A stretch of DNA of 64,000 nt from contig JBODTK010000119.1 of the NCBI GenBank assembly GCA_050613775.1, forward strand, positions 1-64,000, given 5' to 3'. Both the position numbers and the translations under genes were made by a program. Below the pieces are notes generated by a model. The model was not told where the DNA came from, made no database searches, and was given only the letters and a program-made list of their open reading frames with translations. Source of the stretch: Neocallimastix sp. 'constans' (Eukaryota). Shown here one piece after another: positions 1-21,100 of this stretch; within the stretch, counting starts at the first letter, position 1; each line of letters begins with the position of its first letter.

Positions 1-120
1 ATTCATTTATTTTAAAGGTAAAAATATATAATTTTTTATTAATGATAGTACACAAATGAATTAATGAATATATATATATATATATATTGATTTTTAAAAA
101 TTATTATATATTACTAAATT

Positions 121-5947
<5,827 letters not shown>

Positions 5948-7060
5948 ATTCTAATTTTTTTTTTTTTAAAAAAATAAAAACATTAATTATAATAAAATAA
6001 AATGGATTAAGCTTATCTATTTTAATTTTATTAATGATTTTATAATATATATAAATATATTTTTTATTTTTAATTACAGAAATCCTTGAATAAATTAAAA
6101 AAAAAATAATAAAATAAAATAAAATAAAAAATAAAATTTTAATATATATATATTTTTTTTTAATTAAGCTTTAAATTTTTATTGGCTAATTGAATTTAAT
6201 AAAATTCAATTTGTAATTATCTATTTTATTTTAATTTTTATTATATGTATAATTCAGCTTTGTAGAAATTATAAAAATTATTTATAGTTTTATCTTAATA
6301 AGGAATTATATATTTTAATCTTTTAATTTTTTTAAATTTTTTTTATCATTTTGAAAAATTCACATTATTAAAATTATTATAATATCTACATTAACATCCA
6401 TTTTTATTATTTAAAATATTTTTATTTAAAATTTAAGTTGAGGTTAGGGTATAAAAAGTTAATTTGGCCATAAAAAAATAAAAAATATATAATTAAAATT
6501 ATTTAATTTAGAAAATAATTTTTTTTGATACATTAAGTGTGTACATATATAGAAAAATAATTTAAAAATCAAATAATTTAATATCAAATAATTTAATTAA
6601 ATTTTCGCTTTGATAAAAATATAAAGTATAACAAAAAAAAAAAAAAAGAAAAAAAGGTATTTATAATATATATATTATTTCGAAGGTAATTAATAATAAT
6701 GATTATATATATTTAATAATTTAATACTATGAAAGGTTTTTATTAATTAATAATACTAATAAAGTGTAAAATTTAATTATTATTGGAACAAACAATCAAT
6801 AGTAGTTTTTTTTTTTTTTTTTTTTTATTTTACTTTGTACAATATCTTAATTAATAAATGAAAACATGAAATTTACCACCTTAATTCAATTGAATTAATA
6901 TGAAAGAATGAAAATAATCAAATAAATAAATAAATTTATGTTATTTTTAATATTAATATCATTTATTGTATCTATATTTATAATTATATATACATATATT
7001 TCGCTTTTCACACATTTAATAATAATTTGTTTCAATGAAATTTAAATACAAATAGGGAAA

Positions 7061-8967
7061 ATGGTTTTCGTAAAAATTCAATCTCGCAGTGGAGAAATTC
7101 TCGCCGAAAAGCTTGATATTGATGGAGCAACCGTACTTGATCTTAAAAAAGCTTTTCAAAAACAATGTATATACTTTTTTTTCTTTTTTATTTTCATAAA
7201 GTATTAATTAAAAAAAATATAATTTATTATATTTTTAAAAATTAATAAATAATAGTATACTAATCATAAATGGCTTATAAATAAAAAAAAAAAAAAAAAA
7301 AAAAACTTAACAATATTCATTAAAAGTTCCAAAATATTATCCAGATAGACAAAGATTAACTATTGGTAAATTTGATTATTAATTGACAAAGCAAAAAAAA
7401 AAAGAATAAAAATTTAACTAAAAAAATAATAATAAAATTTAAAATTAAAAAATTAAACAAATTAATTTACATTCATTCATATCATAGATAAAACTGTACT
7501 ATATGATAAAGATACATTAGAACAGCATAATATAAAAGATAACAGTAAGAAAATATATATATATTCTATTTAAATAAAACAAAATTTTATTTATTATAAA
7601 ATAGAAGAAGATGTATTTTCTTTTTTCTTATTTTTCTTTTAAAATAATAAACATTTTATAACATAGCTACCATTACTTTTAAGGATTTAGGTAAATAATA
7701 AGTATAATTTTTTCAAATGCTTAAAAACAAAATAAAAAATAAATAAATAAATAAATAAATAAATAAGCAAATAAAATGATTTTAATGATAATTTTTATTC
7801 AAAAAAATTTTTAAAAAATAAAAGGACCTCAAATTAGTTGGAGAAATGTTTTTATTGTTGAATACTTCGGTCCATTATTTATTCATCCTTTGTTTTACTT
7901 TGGATCAAAATTATTCTACAAAGAAGCTATTGTTGAACACACTCCAGTTCAAAAGTAAATAATTTAAATGCAATATATTAATTATGTTAAAAAAAAATAA
8001 ATTATTTTCATTTTCTTGATGTTAAATTACAATATTTAATTAAAATAATTATTATTCCAATAATAACTATATATATATATATAATTAGAATTTGTTTCCT
8101 TTTTATTATGATTCATTTCCTTAAGCGTGAATTTGAAACTGTAGCTATTCATCGTTTCAGTAACAATTCTATGCCAATTAAAAACATATTCAAAAACAGT
8201 TTTCATTATTGGGTTTTATCAGGTATTAATATGGCTTACTGGATTTACAGACCAGGATTTACCAGTGGTCATGTTCCAGCCTGTACATCAACTATTGGAA
8301 TGACTTTCTCATGTATATTATGGGTTGTAAGTTATATTTTACTTTACATATAATAATAATAAGTATTATTATTATTACTATAAATATTAATTATATAATT
8401 TATATTTAAATAAATAATAATATACATTCTTATTATTTTAATTTTAAATTACTTCTTAGTATTCGGAAGTTTCCAATCTTTTAACTCATATCATTTTACG
8501 TAACTTAAGACCAGCTGGTACTAGAGTTAGAAAGATTCCATATGGTTATGGCTTTAATGTTGTTACATGTCCAAATTACTTCTTTGAAACTTTAGCTTGG
8601 ATTGCAATTTGTTTACTTACTGGTTCATTATCTGGTATATATTCATATATATATACTTTTTTATTTTTGTAATTAAATTAATGTTTAAACTAATTTTTAC
8701 TCATCAAATATATTAGCTTGGCTCTTCACTATTGTTGCTTTTGCTCAAGTATTTTCTTCTTTTTTTTTTATTTTTTTTTTTTTTTTTAAACATAATTATT
8801 TATTTTATTAATATTATCCTTTTAAAAATTAAATTATGAATTCAATTTATCCTAAATTATAAATTTAGATGTATCAATGGGCTGTCAAGAAGAGACGTAA
8901 CTATATAAAGGAATTCGGGGATGCCTTCCCAAAGAAGAGAACCGCTATTATTCCATTCCTTCTTTAA
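7061..8967 (+). CDS. TSC13: Very-long-chain trans-2-enoyl-CoA reductase (TSC13/TECR), about 9 coding exons
   Basis: Ubiquitin-like N-terminus MVFVKIQSRSG...RQRLTI, then FKDLG|PQISWRNVFIVEYFGP, HFLKREFETVAIHRFSNNSMPIKNIFKNSFHYW, HIILRNLRPAGTRVRKIPYGYGFNVVTCPNYFFE, MYQWAVKKRRNYIKEF...RTAIIPFLL*. Probable 5'UTR intron at about 6686-7055. Confidence 0.93.
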
Positions 8968-9655
8968 ATATAATATAATAAATTTAATAATTATAGCATA
9001 GATTTTATAAACCAAAATAATTTGAAAACCAATAAACTAATAATAATAATTATAATAATTATATAATAGATAAAATAAAATACAATAAAATAAAATAAAA
9101 TAAAATAAAAAATAAAAATAAAAATAAAAATAAAAATAAAAATTTACATCATTTTAAGATATATTTAAATATATAATGCTGAATTTATAATACAATTGAT
9201 TTGGCTTGAAGGGAAAAAAAAAAATAAAAAAATAAACTCTATCAATTAGAATAAGATAAAGTAAAACATTAAGAAATAGATAAATCATTAAGATAATCAT
9301 ATAAAATTTGAAAATATAATGCATTAAATAATATATATGTTTATGTACAAATGTCAGTAAAAATATAAAACTCGATTTTTTTTTTTTTTTTTTATAATTA
9401 TGTTTATTTGTTTATTATTTAAAAAATTTCAAAATTACAAATATACTATAATTTAATTATATAAATTATTTTTTCTTTACATATAAAAATTAAATATAAA
9501 ATTTTCAATTAGTTTTAATAAATCAAAAACGATTGTAAATATTATTATGAATTATATTAATAATAGAATTTACTATTTCATTTCTAAAAAATAAAAATAA
9601 AAAAAAAAAAAAAAAAATACAATATACATTTTATTTTCAGATTGAATTAATTATA

Positions 9656-9747
<92 letters not shown>

Positions 9748-9879
9748 CATTATCATTACGTTATTGTTGTTAATGTTATTAAGACATTTTTAATATTTTA
9801 ACCATAATGAATTTTTGAATAAATTATATAAAATAAGTATATTTTTTATTTTATTATTATTACTTTCTTATTTCCTTAA

Positions 9880-11026
9880 TTAAAAGACGTTTAAGTTTTC
9901 AACTTTTTCATAGGCAACATTAGTTGTTGGTCCATGACCTGGAATAATACATGTATCATCACCTAATGGATATATTTTATCTCTAATTGCTGTTCTTAAA
10001 ACGGTACCATCACCTCCCCAAAGATCGCTTCTGCCAATAGATTCTCTATAAAAATAAATACATAAATAAAAAAAAATAATTAATATATATTATATAATAA
10101 AAGATTTTCTTTATTTTATATCCCATATGTATTAAACTATTGTATTAATGTATACTTGAATAGGGTATCACCAACAATAGCAACTTTTTCTTTTGGGAAA
10201 TAAAAACTTACAGAACCCTTACTAATTATCATTATCAATATCAATAATGATATTATTTTTATTTTTTAATATTAAATTTTAAAAATTTATAGAATAATAA
10301 AAGTTTTATTAAAACAATTAATAACTATTTTCATGGAAAAAAAAAATTGTATATATATTACCTATGACCGGGAGTATGAATAACTCTTGCAATAGATTTA
10401 CCATTTAACATAATTTCATCATCTTCCTCTTTGAATTTATATATTTATTTATTATAAATATTTATATTTTATATAATATCATAAATAATGTGAATTAATA
10501 TATAAATTTTAAATTTTGAATTTTGAATTTTGATATTGAATTTTAAATTTTGAACAATAAATTTTGAATTTTAAATTTTGAATTTAAAATTTTGAATTTT
10601 GAATTTTGAATTTCTGAATTATTTATTTAGAATTTGAAATTTATAAATTTAAAATAAAATTATTTAATTTTATTTTTTATCTAATTATTTAAACTATCAT
10701 TCTTTTTTTTTTTTTTTTTTTTTTTTTTTCCTTTTTTTTTTATATAATTATTAATATTTTTATTACTGTTATTATTGTTTAAAGAGAATTAAATTAAAAT
10801 AAAAAACTTTATAATATTACTTAAAAATGAATCTGGTTTATCTGGAAGTTCCTCTTCCCTCTTATATGGTAAATCAAAGGCACCAATTTGTTCCATTTGA
10901 TTATTCCATAAATACTAATAAATAAATAGAAAATTTATTAAAATTTAAATGAAATAAATATTATTATTTATATAATTAGAACAGTATTTATATTAATAAT
11001 AATAGTCTATTTAAAAAATAAAATAA

Positions 11027-11061
<35 letters not shown>

Positions 11062-11150
11062 CCATATCTTCTTCATGTAAATAGATTTTACAATTAAAAT
11101 GTTTCTTTAATTGACCAACAGCACCCACATGGTCAAAATGACTTTAAAGT

Positions 11151-11185
<35 letters not shown>

Positions 11186-11911
11186 TTCATTCATTTATTC
11201 ATTTATTTATTTATAAATTATTTTGATATTATTTAAATTATATTTTATTTAAATTTTATTAACAAATATATAAAAAAAATGTACATATACTTTTATTCCA
11301 TTAATATTAACATCAATTTGTTAGCATACTAAAACTTACGCATGAGTTAGCAAAATAGATTTTAATTCAAAATTACTTTTTTCAATAATATTTTTTAGAA
11401 TTTCAAAATCACCTCCTGGATCAACAATTAAAGCCTTTAAATAAATTAAAAACAAATATTAATAATAAAATTAATAATAGTTTTTATTACATTTTGGAAT
11501 GTATTACATATTTTAATAATAAAAAACATTTTTAGTAAAAAAATAATTATAATATTATATATATACTTCTTTAGATTTTTCATCATTAATTATACAACAA
11601 TTAACACTCAATGGTCCAGCAGGAATAATTTGAATTCGTAAATTTGATTTTGCATTTTCTTTTTTTTCTGGAGAATTTCCATAAAAACGGATACTAGATT
11701 TTTTTAAAGATAAACTATTTAGCATACCATTATAACATTTGATATTCATGTAATATCGTAAAGGGGAAGTTTGCAATTTAAAAGAATTTGTTTTAGATAA
11801 AAATGAATATTTTATATTTGTTAATAAATTATATCCCTTTAATGCAATTCCAGTTGGTAAAATACTACTTGAAAGCTTACTGCCAACTAATTTTGTCGGT
11901 AATGAAAACAT
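9880..11911 (-). CDS. Metallo-beta-lactamase-fold hydrolase (YcbL/GloC, glyoxalase-II-like) with N-terminal organellar-type presequence; about 8 exons
   Basis: Spliced translation: GPLSVNCCII...|ALIVDPGG...LLTHA|HFDHVGA (HxHxDH), IHTPGHS|KGSV, IVGDTLF|..SIGRSDLWGGD, IIPGHGPTTNVAYEKVENLNVF*. Confidence 0.88.
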
Positions 11912-12913
11912 CTTATTTTATTATTCAATTTTGATAAAATAAAAATTATAAAAAATGTTATATGTATCTTAATTGATAATTATAGTTTATTTATGAATTA
12001 AGAATATAAATCCACAAAATATTTTAATTTTAATAAAAAATATATTAAATAAAAAAATATTAAATTAATAATAAAATAGTAAATAATATTATAAATATTA
12101 AATATTAGTAGTTTTAAATTTTATATATAAATATTCTAAATAATAAATATAAAATAATTTATTATTATTTATTAAATATTTAATAATAATATAAATATTA
12201 AAAATAGTGTTTTTATTATTATTATAAGGAAAATTTTTAATTTAACAATACTTGTAAATTGTAGAATTTATATACATAATAAGGTTTGAAATGAATCATT
12301 TTTATCATTTTTATCATTTTCATCTTTATCATCTTTATTTTGTTTAGTTTTATTTATATATTCTGCTAATTTTTTTTTTGTTTTATAATTATTTTTCCTT
12401 TTTATTTATTGAATTAAATTTATATATTAAATAATATTTTTTTATAAATATTTATAAAATTCAACATTGTTATTATTTATTTAAATTGGATAAAAAAACT
12501 TTTTAGATAATTTATACGTAATTATTAATATATCTTAAAGTTTTAATATATAATTATATTATTTAATATCAAATTTCTATATAAATAAGTATATTTTTAT
12601 TGAATAAAATAATTTTTTTTTAAAAAAAAATTATTTTATTCAATAAAAATAAAAATATTAAATAATTATAAAAATACAAAAAAAAAAAAAAATATTAAAT
12701 AAATAAACGAGAATAAAAAAAAATAAAAAAAATTAAAAAAATTATGAAATTTTTTAAAAAAAAAAATTAAAAAATAATATGAAATTTTAAAAAAAAAATA
12801 TCTTGTAAAAAAAAAAAAAAAAAAAAAAAAAATATCGACAATTAAAAAATAATTAAAAAATTATATTTATGCATATACTTACATCAATATTATAAAAAAT
12901 TTATATTATCATT

Positions 12914-15597
12914 ATGATGTATAAATATTTATACATTTTTATATTATGTTTTCTAAATATTATAAATAAATGTAAAATTTTAGTATATACATATATATTA
13001 ATAAATATAATATTTACCATTAATAAAAATAAATAATAAATTTGTCTATTTTCATAATATATATAGATTATACAAAATTAATTAATATAAATGGTTTGGC
13101 TATCGTGTATCCAGATGAAATTAAATACTACAATTCATTAGTCAGTGAATTTAATAAATATTCTAAAAAAAATGACTTAAATATTAATTTAATATTAACT
13201 ATTTTAACATCAGATAATTCAACACTGGGTATCGATGATTTTGGATCATTAATGGATACATTAATTAATAAAAAATCAAAAAAATATGATCTTTATTTTT
13301 ATTATGGAATATATTCAAAAAGATATGGACAACATTTTTTAGTACTAGATGATTATTTTTCAAAGGATTATCTTAAAAAATACGATAGAGAAATTATTAC
13401 TAAAGCGTGTACTTATAAAAATAAAATAATTGGACTGGTAATTATAGATAATAAAAATTAATATTATTAATATATAAATTAAATCCTACAGTACATTTGA
13501 TTATATGTTAATTATTTTTTTTTTTCAAATATATAATTTAGCCTGTAACAATAAGTATAGATGTATTATATTCAAATAATGAACTTTTAGAAAAATATAA
13601 TAAAAATATTCCAAAAACATGGGATGAATTACTACGAACAAGTAAATTTATCTTAGAAAAAGAAAGAAATCTTAATAATACAGATTTAATAAATTATAAT
13701 GGGTTATTTGATGGTATATTATAATACAAAATATATAGTATATTAAACAATAAAAAATAATAAAATAGAATAATTAGAATTAATTTTAAATTTATATTAA
13801 AAAAATATATATATATGGAAAATAATTTTAGATAGTGAAGAGGGTGAGTTGATAATATATGAATTTATTAATTCCTTTAGAAAGAAATTGAATTCTCCTC
13901 ACCCAGAATTAGAAAGCAAAGAAACGATTTTAGGACTTGAAACTCTAAAAAAATTTATAAATAGCGGGTCATCAGGTAAACAAGATAGTTTATAAGTAAA
14001 TTAATAAATAAATAATTAATTAATTAACTTATTAATTAATTAATTACTTAATTATTTAATTAATTGTTAAAAAGTTGGTTCGGAGTGGTATTCAAATGAA
14101 GATTTATTATTTAATAATTTTATAACGGGAAATTCAATATTTATTAAATATTGGTATTCAAAATATTACACTTCATTATACACGGCGTCAGCCTTACCTG
14201 GTGGAAAAAAAGGTATAAGCGGTTCGGTAATAAGTACATACAATATTGCTGTTAATAAATACACGAGCAAAGAGGAAAAAAATGCTGCAATTGAAGCAAT
14301 GAAATATATTTCATCTACAGAAACACATAAAAAATTTCTTATTAATGAAGAAATATTTTCACCTATAATTGAATTATATGACGACCCAGAAGTGTGTGAA
14401 TTTGTAAATTGTAATTTAATCAAAAGTGTACAACCTTTTTCAGTTATGGATTTTGATTGTGAAAAAACATATGATATTAGTTATTATTCGAAAAAATATA
14501 GATCATTAGTATTTGAATTTATCAAAGGAAATAAAACTATAAATGAAGTAATAAAGGATATAGTAGATTTAACGAAATTTTATCATTTATCACTTAATCC
14601 AAATGATTCATTATTAGGATTAATTACCTGTATCGTATTTTGTTTAGTCTTATTTATTATGATTTTATCAATATTATTTTTATATAATAAAAAATATCAA
14701 GACACATTTATACTTTTTGAAAAAGATTTTTGGTTAATATCTATACTTGGATGTATAATATTACTAAGTTCTATTTTGACGTTTTATGGGGAAGCATCAT
14801 CTTTTAAATGTCATTTGAGGAGATCTTTTATATCAGTTGGTTTTGTTTGTAGTGTGACACCTATTTTATATAGATTAATTTCAGATTACCCAAAACCAAA
14901 TGCAATATCATTATTTGTGAAAAACTATAAATTTAGATTTTTTATAATTATCATGATGGGTGATTTATTTTTAGTTTTATTATTAGGATTAATACCATAT
15001 GATATTAGAAGTTTTGTTATTATTAATGGAGAAAATTTTCATAAATGTGAAATGAGAAGATTCTTTGGAAAAATGTTAATATTCAGTGTAGCTTGTTATG
15101 AAATTGTTTGTATAATTTTAATTATATATTTAGTTATTAAAGAATGGAAATCAAGGGAAAAGAATTTTGAAAAAAAGTTTTTCGTCACCGCAGTATCAGT
15201 AGACGCTTTTTCCATTGTTTTATATCACATATTCAGTATGATCTTAATAAAAAATTATATTGCTTATAATACATTGTTAATAACGATTACTTTTATCTTT
15301 ACAATTTCTAAATATATATGTATTTACGGAATAAGAATTATATCAATATTTATTCCCACAATCGATAAAGATAGTTATTATGGATATATTCTTACAAATA
15401 ATGATAAAAAAAATGAACTTTTTTATAATAATGGAGTAAGCTATTTTTCAACTAACATATTCAGTAATGAAAAAGCTGCATATACAAGTTTATCAAATAA
15501 AATATTTGATTTTCAATTTGATGAGAAAGGAAATTCAAGTCAAACACTCAATTCTGATATAACTGAATATATACATGAGAAAAAAATATTCATATGA
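12914..15597 (+). CDS. 7TM (class C GPCR-like) receptor with N-terminal bacterial-type extracellular solute-binding domain; 5 exons
   Basis: Signal peptide MMYKYLYIFILCFLNIINK. SBP motifs YDLYFY and LYSNNELLEKYNKNIPKTWDEL (about 13565-13632), plus SALPGGKKGISGS. The last exon has seven hydrophobic segments with Cys before TM3 and GENFHKC in ECL2. This architecture is described for anaerobic gut fungi. Confidence 0.85.
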
Positions 15598-16588
15598 ATT
15601 AATAAAAAAAATTAGATATATCCATATATATAATCACATAAAATAAGAAGTAATTTTTGATTTTATTTATTTTTTTTGTATTTTTTTTTTTTTTTTTTTT
15701 TTTTGATATTATACTAAAAAAGTTTTATAAATTAATTAAAAATTTTATTAATAATAAAATCAAAAAATATTTATATTAATACATATTATAAATATATCTA
15801 TTTCTTTTTTTAAAAAAATAAAAAAAATGTTGTATTAAGAAGAATATAAAACTTTATTAATACATATTATAATATAATAATTTTTAATTAAATTTAAATA
15901 AAGATATATAATAATACATTTTTACTTTTCAATCAATGTCTCAAATCATAAAAATTATTATTAATGAATTAATAAATAATTTTCTATTTTATCGAACTTC
16001 CAATAATAAATTAATAGTTTTGAATATAAATAATAATTTTAATTATTAAGAAAAAATAATCTATAAATTAAATTATAATACTTTAATATACAGATTACTA
16101 ATTATCTAAAAATTTTCAATAAAAAAATATCAAAATTTTATAAATAAGTATTAAATTTAAAATTTCCAAAAAAAAAAAAAAAAGGTTAATGTTTTATAAT
16201 TCTAAATTTACTTTAAATTAATAATTTCATAATTTTTTTCCGTGTTTATTAAATATCAAAAATCTATATTTAAAATTTAAAAAAAAATTTTCTCATAAAT
16301 TATATTCTTAAGTTTAATACGAATTTTGTTAAATTAATAAAAAAAATAATAATAAAATTGAAATTGATAATACAATAAATTTTCTTTACAAATTTATAAT
16401 TAAAGCAATGCATTTTTAGTTCATGCAACTTCTATTTAAATTAATAATTTAGAATAGAAAGTTCCTTATTTAATTAAAATCAAAAACAGAAACTCTGTTT
16501 TCCATAAATATAATTATATAATTTCATTAAATAGTCATTATATTGATAAAGAAAATTATTTTCATTATTATAATTATTATTATTATTA

Positions 16589-16724
<136 letters not shown>

Positions 16725-17489
16725 AAAAATATTTATAAAATCAAAATATATCATGTTTATAACTTATTAAATTAGATTAAAACTAATTTCAAATAATAAG
16801 TTATTCTATAACAGTTTTTTTTATATTTAGTTTATAAACTTTTTTAAATAAAACTTAAAAGTATTATTAAGATTAACCTTAAAAAATAAGTATTTTAATA
16901 ATAATTTTTTTTCTTTTAATAAAAAACATGACTCATTTTTTTTTTTTAAAAAAAAAAACTTAACATTCAATATTTAAAAGAGCGAAAAATCTTAATTATT
17001 TAATATTTTATATTTTTGTTATTATTAAATAAAAATAAAAATAAAAATAAAATATCCTGTAAATTGATTTATAACAAAAATTCTTTTGATAAAAAATAAA
17101 ATTTTAAAAAATTGAAAAAGTGTAAAATATAAAGTAAAAAAATTTAAAAGAAAAATTAAATAAATATATTTTTATATGAAACACTAAAATTGTTTTATTA
17201 GAAAATTTAAATTTAAAATATTATAAATTTATTTATTTTATTATTTATTTTTTTTTTTTCATTAAATTAATAAAAAAAAAAATAATTATTAAAACTAATA
17301 AAATAATAAAATAATAATATTAATAATTTATAATTTATTTAAATTTTAATAATAAAGAATAATTTTAAAGAAATATTTATATGTTTTTATAAGTTTTACT
17401 TATTTTTAAATTATTTACATTTATATATAATAAAATAAACAAAAGAAAATAAAGAAAAATTTGTTTTTGATTATATAAATATTTACAAA

Positions 17490-18180
17490 TGCTGATTATT
17501 CGACAATTTAGGAAGATCAAAATGATCAAAATTTAATAGGATGAGTTTTATAGATCATTTCGGTTTGTACTAGTATTGCTTCTAATTCTAAGTCATCTTC
17601 AGTAAAGGTTTGGGCCGTTTCCTCTTCATCATATTGCTTTTGATATTCATCTTTATTAAAAGAAATCACATCGCTGAGTAATCTTACTTTGAGATGTTCA
17701 GGAGTAACGTCAAAAAATTGTACGTTATTTAAATTGTCACTCAAAACTCCTTGAAATTAGGAGAAGACCTAATTTATGTAGTAGGGTTTATTCTACTCAA
17801 TTTTTTATTTTTTCTCAGACCACTGTTTAACAATCCTTTGAGCCACCTTAAAATGTTAGACTGAAATAATAAGTCTTTAAATAAGTCTACTTTTGGCCCA
17901 TACTGATATTTGTTATTACCAAGACAACATCTTATAACATCAGATGATATTTTTATGATAATTGGTTAGGTCGATTATAGAGTTTTTGTGTCTATTTACA
18001 ATTTGGTTGAGATTATTGATCATTTCCTCCAATATTGTAAAACGTTGTATTACCTCATTGTATGACTTCTCGAGTTCTTGGTTGTGTTGCGAGACTTTAT
18101 TGTAAAAAAATGGTTTTGCCTGTTTGTTCCTTAGCTAGGTCGGTTTTAAGGTTTCTTATTTGCTCTTCTAGTTTTTGATT
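17490..18180 (-). pseudogene. Degenerate coding relic, probably transposon-derived
   Basis: Higher-GC island with coiled-coil-like fragments (LEEQIRNLKTDLAKEQ; HNQELEKSYNEVIQRF) broken by stops and frameshifts. No introns and no diagnostic motif. Confidence 0.35.
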
Positions 18181-21100
18181 TAATTATTAAATTTTTAGTT
18201 TTTATTTTTTGTTTGTTTAAAAATCGGTTTTTAAATTATTTTAATTATTTATTATTTTGTTTATTTAAATATTATTATATAAAAAGAATATTATTAATTT
18301 ATTATAATTTTAATTAAAATAATTAAAGATTAATTAATTTATTATTATATTCTTTTTTTATTTATTTTGATTTAATTAAATTTTATTTTATAATTTCCTA
18401 AACATTAGATTTTAGAGTGAATTCATTTTATTTAATTTTAGGATAAAAAAAATAATTTAGACACACACATAATGAGTAACCATCTCCCATCATGACTATA
18501 ACAGATATAACTGTAAAGTGTGATATACTGACATACTAGTACAGCATCGCCCCTCCACACGTCTTATACATCTGTCTGGGGCTGTATCCCCTAACATTAA
18601 CATTCCTACATATATCTCCATTGACCAAGAGAATCTGAATAGGAACCATTTACCCTTCCAATGGATGTAATCATTAGAGTAAGGAAATTTTAGGACAAAG
18701 TTTAACCAAAATTTTATTAATTGATAGAATTTCTAGTTTTTTTAACTTATTATTTATCAAAATAATTTGATATTGATTAGTACATTATAATATATTATTA
18801 TTAATAAAAAATTACATTTTTAATAAAATATATAATATTTTCAATTAAGAATTTTTAAAGAATTAAAATATTTTAATATTAAGATAAGAACAATTAAAGA
18901 ATATAGGAAGTTTCCAAGAATAAAAAAGGAGAAAATAATTCCTAAAATACAATTTTAGCATAATTTACTTTATTTAATACATTCTTTAACAAAAATGTAA
19001 TAATTTAATTATAAAATTAAAAATTGAATTATTAATCATTAATCTTAGCTCTAACTGCTAATATTAAAGGTTTAGAAATAAATAATCATTTTTATTTATG
19101 ATTCTTTCTAATTATTGAGTTTATTATAACGAAATATAACAATCAAATCACCAAAATTGCAAAAGAAAAGATTTGATTATAAAATTTGATTTATTAAAAT
19201 AATTTGTTTTACTTGTAAAAATGTTAAATTTTAATTATTATATTATAATTGTTACAATAATAATTCTTGATTTCTTAAAGATAACTAAAGAGTCTTATTT
19301 ATACTTTTAGTGAAAATAAGATTAAATATAAAATGAGTTTCTAATCTATTCTCTTATCTTGGAAAAAATTAGATGAAAAACCCGGATAAATTTTTGATTG
19401 ATATTCTATCCATATCGATCAATGCGTTAATTAAGTAAAACAGATTACTTCCAAGAAGTAATTAGAAAAACCTTAATTAATCGATTTTCTATTTTAATTT
19501 AATGATTGAAAATAAAAGAATAAAATAATAAAAAATATTTCAATTATAAAAAATATAATTCATCTATTTTGTTCCATTATCTTGAATTTTACATAAAAAT
19601 ATAAAATGAAAAATAATACATTAAAAATGAAAAATTCATGATTAATAAAATGCAGAATACATGTTAAAATACTGAGTTCATGTTAAAATACAGAATACGT
19701 AGTAAAACACTAAATACATAATAAAGTACGAAGTAATATTTTAGTTCATAATTTAATTTAAATAAAAACTAATTAAATTTAATGATTAAATGAATAATTA
19801 AATAAATTATTATTATTTTTAAATGTATAAAAACTATTTAGCTAAATAAAATTTTAATATTAAATTAAATATAATTAATATTATATTTAATTATATTAAA
19901 AATTTATTTAAGTGTATAAATGTATAATATAAGCTAATCAAAAGTTATATTAATTATAAATTAACTAAGAAAATATAATTATTATGTTAAAATTCGGGAC
20001 TAACATAAGGTTCCTGGATCATTTTAAATTATTTCTTTTTTACTATTTGATGTTTGTTTTTTTTTTTATTGATATTTAGACTATTTGGTTTATTATAAAT
20101 TATACTTCAATATATTAAATATATATTTATCTAAAATATATATTACACATTAAAAAATTGTATAACTAAACATAAAAAATTATATTTCTATTATGAATAA
20201 AGTTATTTGTAAAATTTTTAAATTTCATTAAATATTCATTTTAAAAATATAAAAATAATACATATTATTTTTATTTATTGTAAAAAAAAGAATACTATTA
20301 ATCTCCATCTAATTAATTAATAACTTAATAATCATAAAGTCTTTTCCTTTAGATAACTGTTACTATATACCCAAGTAAAAAAAAAAATATTAATTTGAAC
20401 AGTAAAAATAAAAAATAGAATTTTACTATCTATATCTATCTTTAAATAAATAAATAATTATAAATATAAAAACAATAAATTAATAATATATAATAAATAA
20501 ATGAAGTAATATATAAAAATGTAAAAAAATAAAAAATGAATTAATAGATTTTAAATAATAATTAAAATACATAATATATATATCATATTTTAATTATTAA
20601 AGTTTTCTATAAAAATCTGTTTTTAATATAATTAAATAAAATGTAAAAATGTAAAATAGAAAATTTTCATAATAAATAAGGTTTTGTACGAATTTAATTA
20701 TACTACATGATTTATATAATTTAATAAATAGTAAAATATTAATATATTTTTTATAAAAAATTTTATCTAAATTTTGGAAAAAATCCTTAAAAAATAATAT
20801 TAGTACTAGTGTAACAGAAGCTTTTTTTTTTTTATAAAATAATTATTAATAAATATTATGTTTATCTTTTTATTACAATTCAAAATTTATACTCTAAACT
20901 TTAATAATATCCTTTTTATGATTATACAAACTGAAAGGTAACGTTACTTCAGTTTCTAATGCATTTTTTAATTATTTATATATCTGAAATTAATTTAAAT
21001 CTATTCTCACTTTTTTTTTTTAATAATAATTTTAAAAATTTTCATAAAAAATTTTAGCATGGCTTGTGATCATTTTTTATGTATAATTTTTTTCATTTTT

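Noticed and set aside
18460..18700. GC-richer island as a possible LTR or ncRNA
   Set aside because: No second copy, TG...CA boundaries or recognisable RNA structure could be established by eye.
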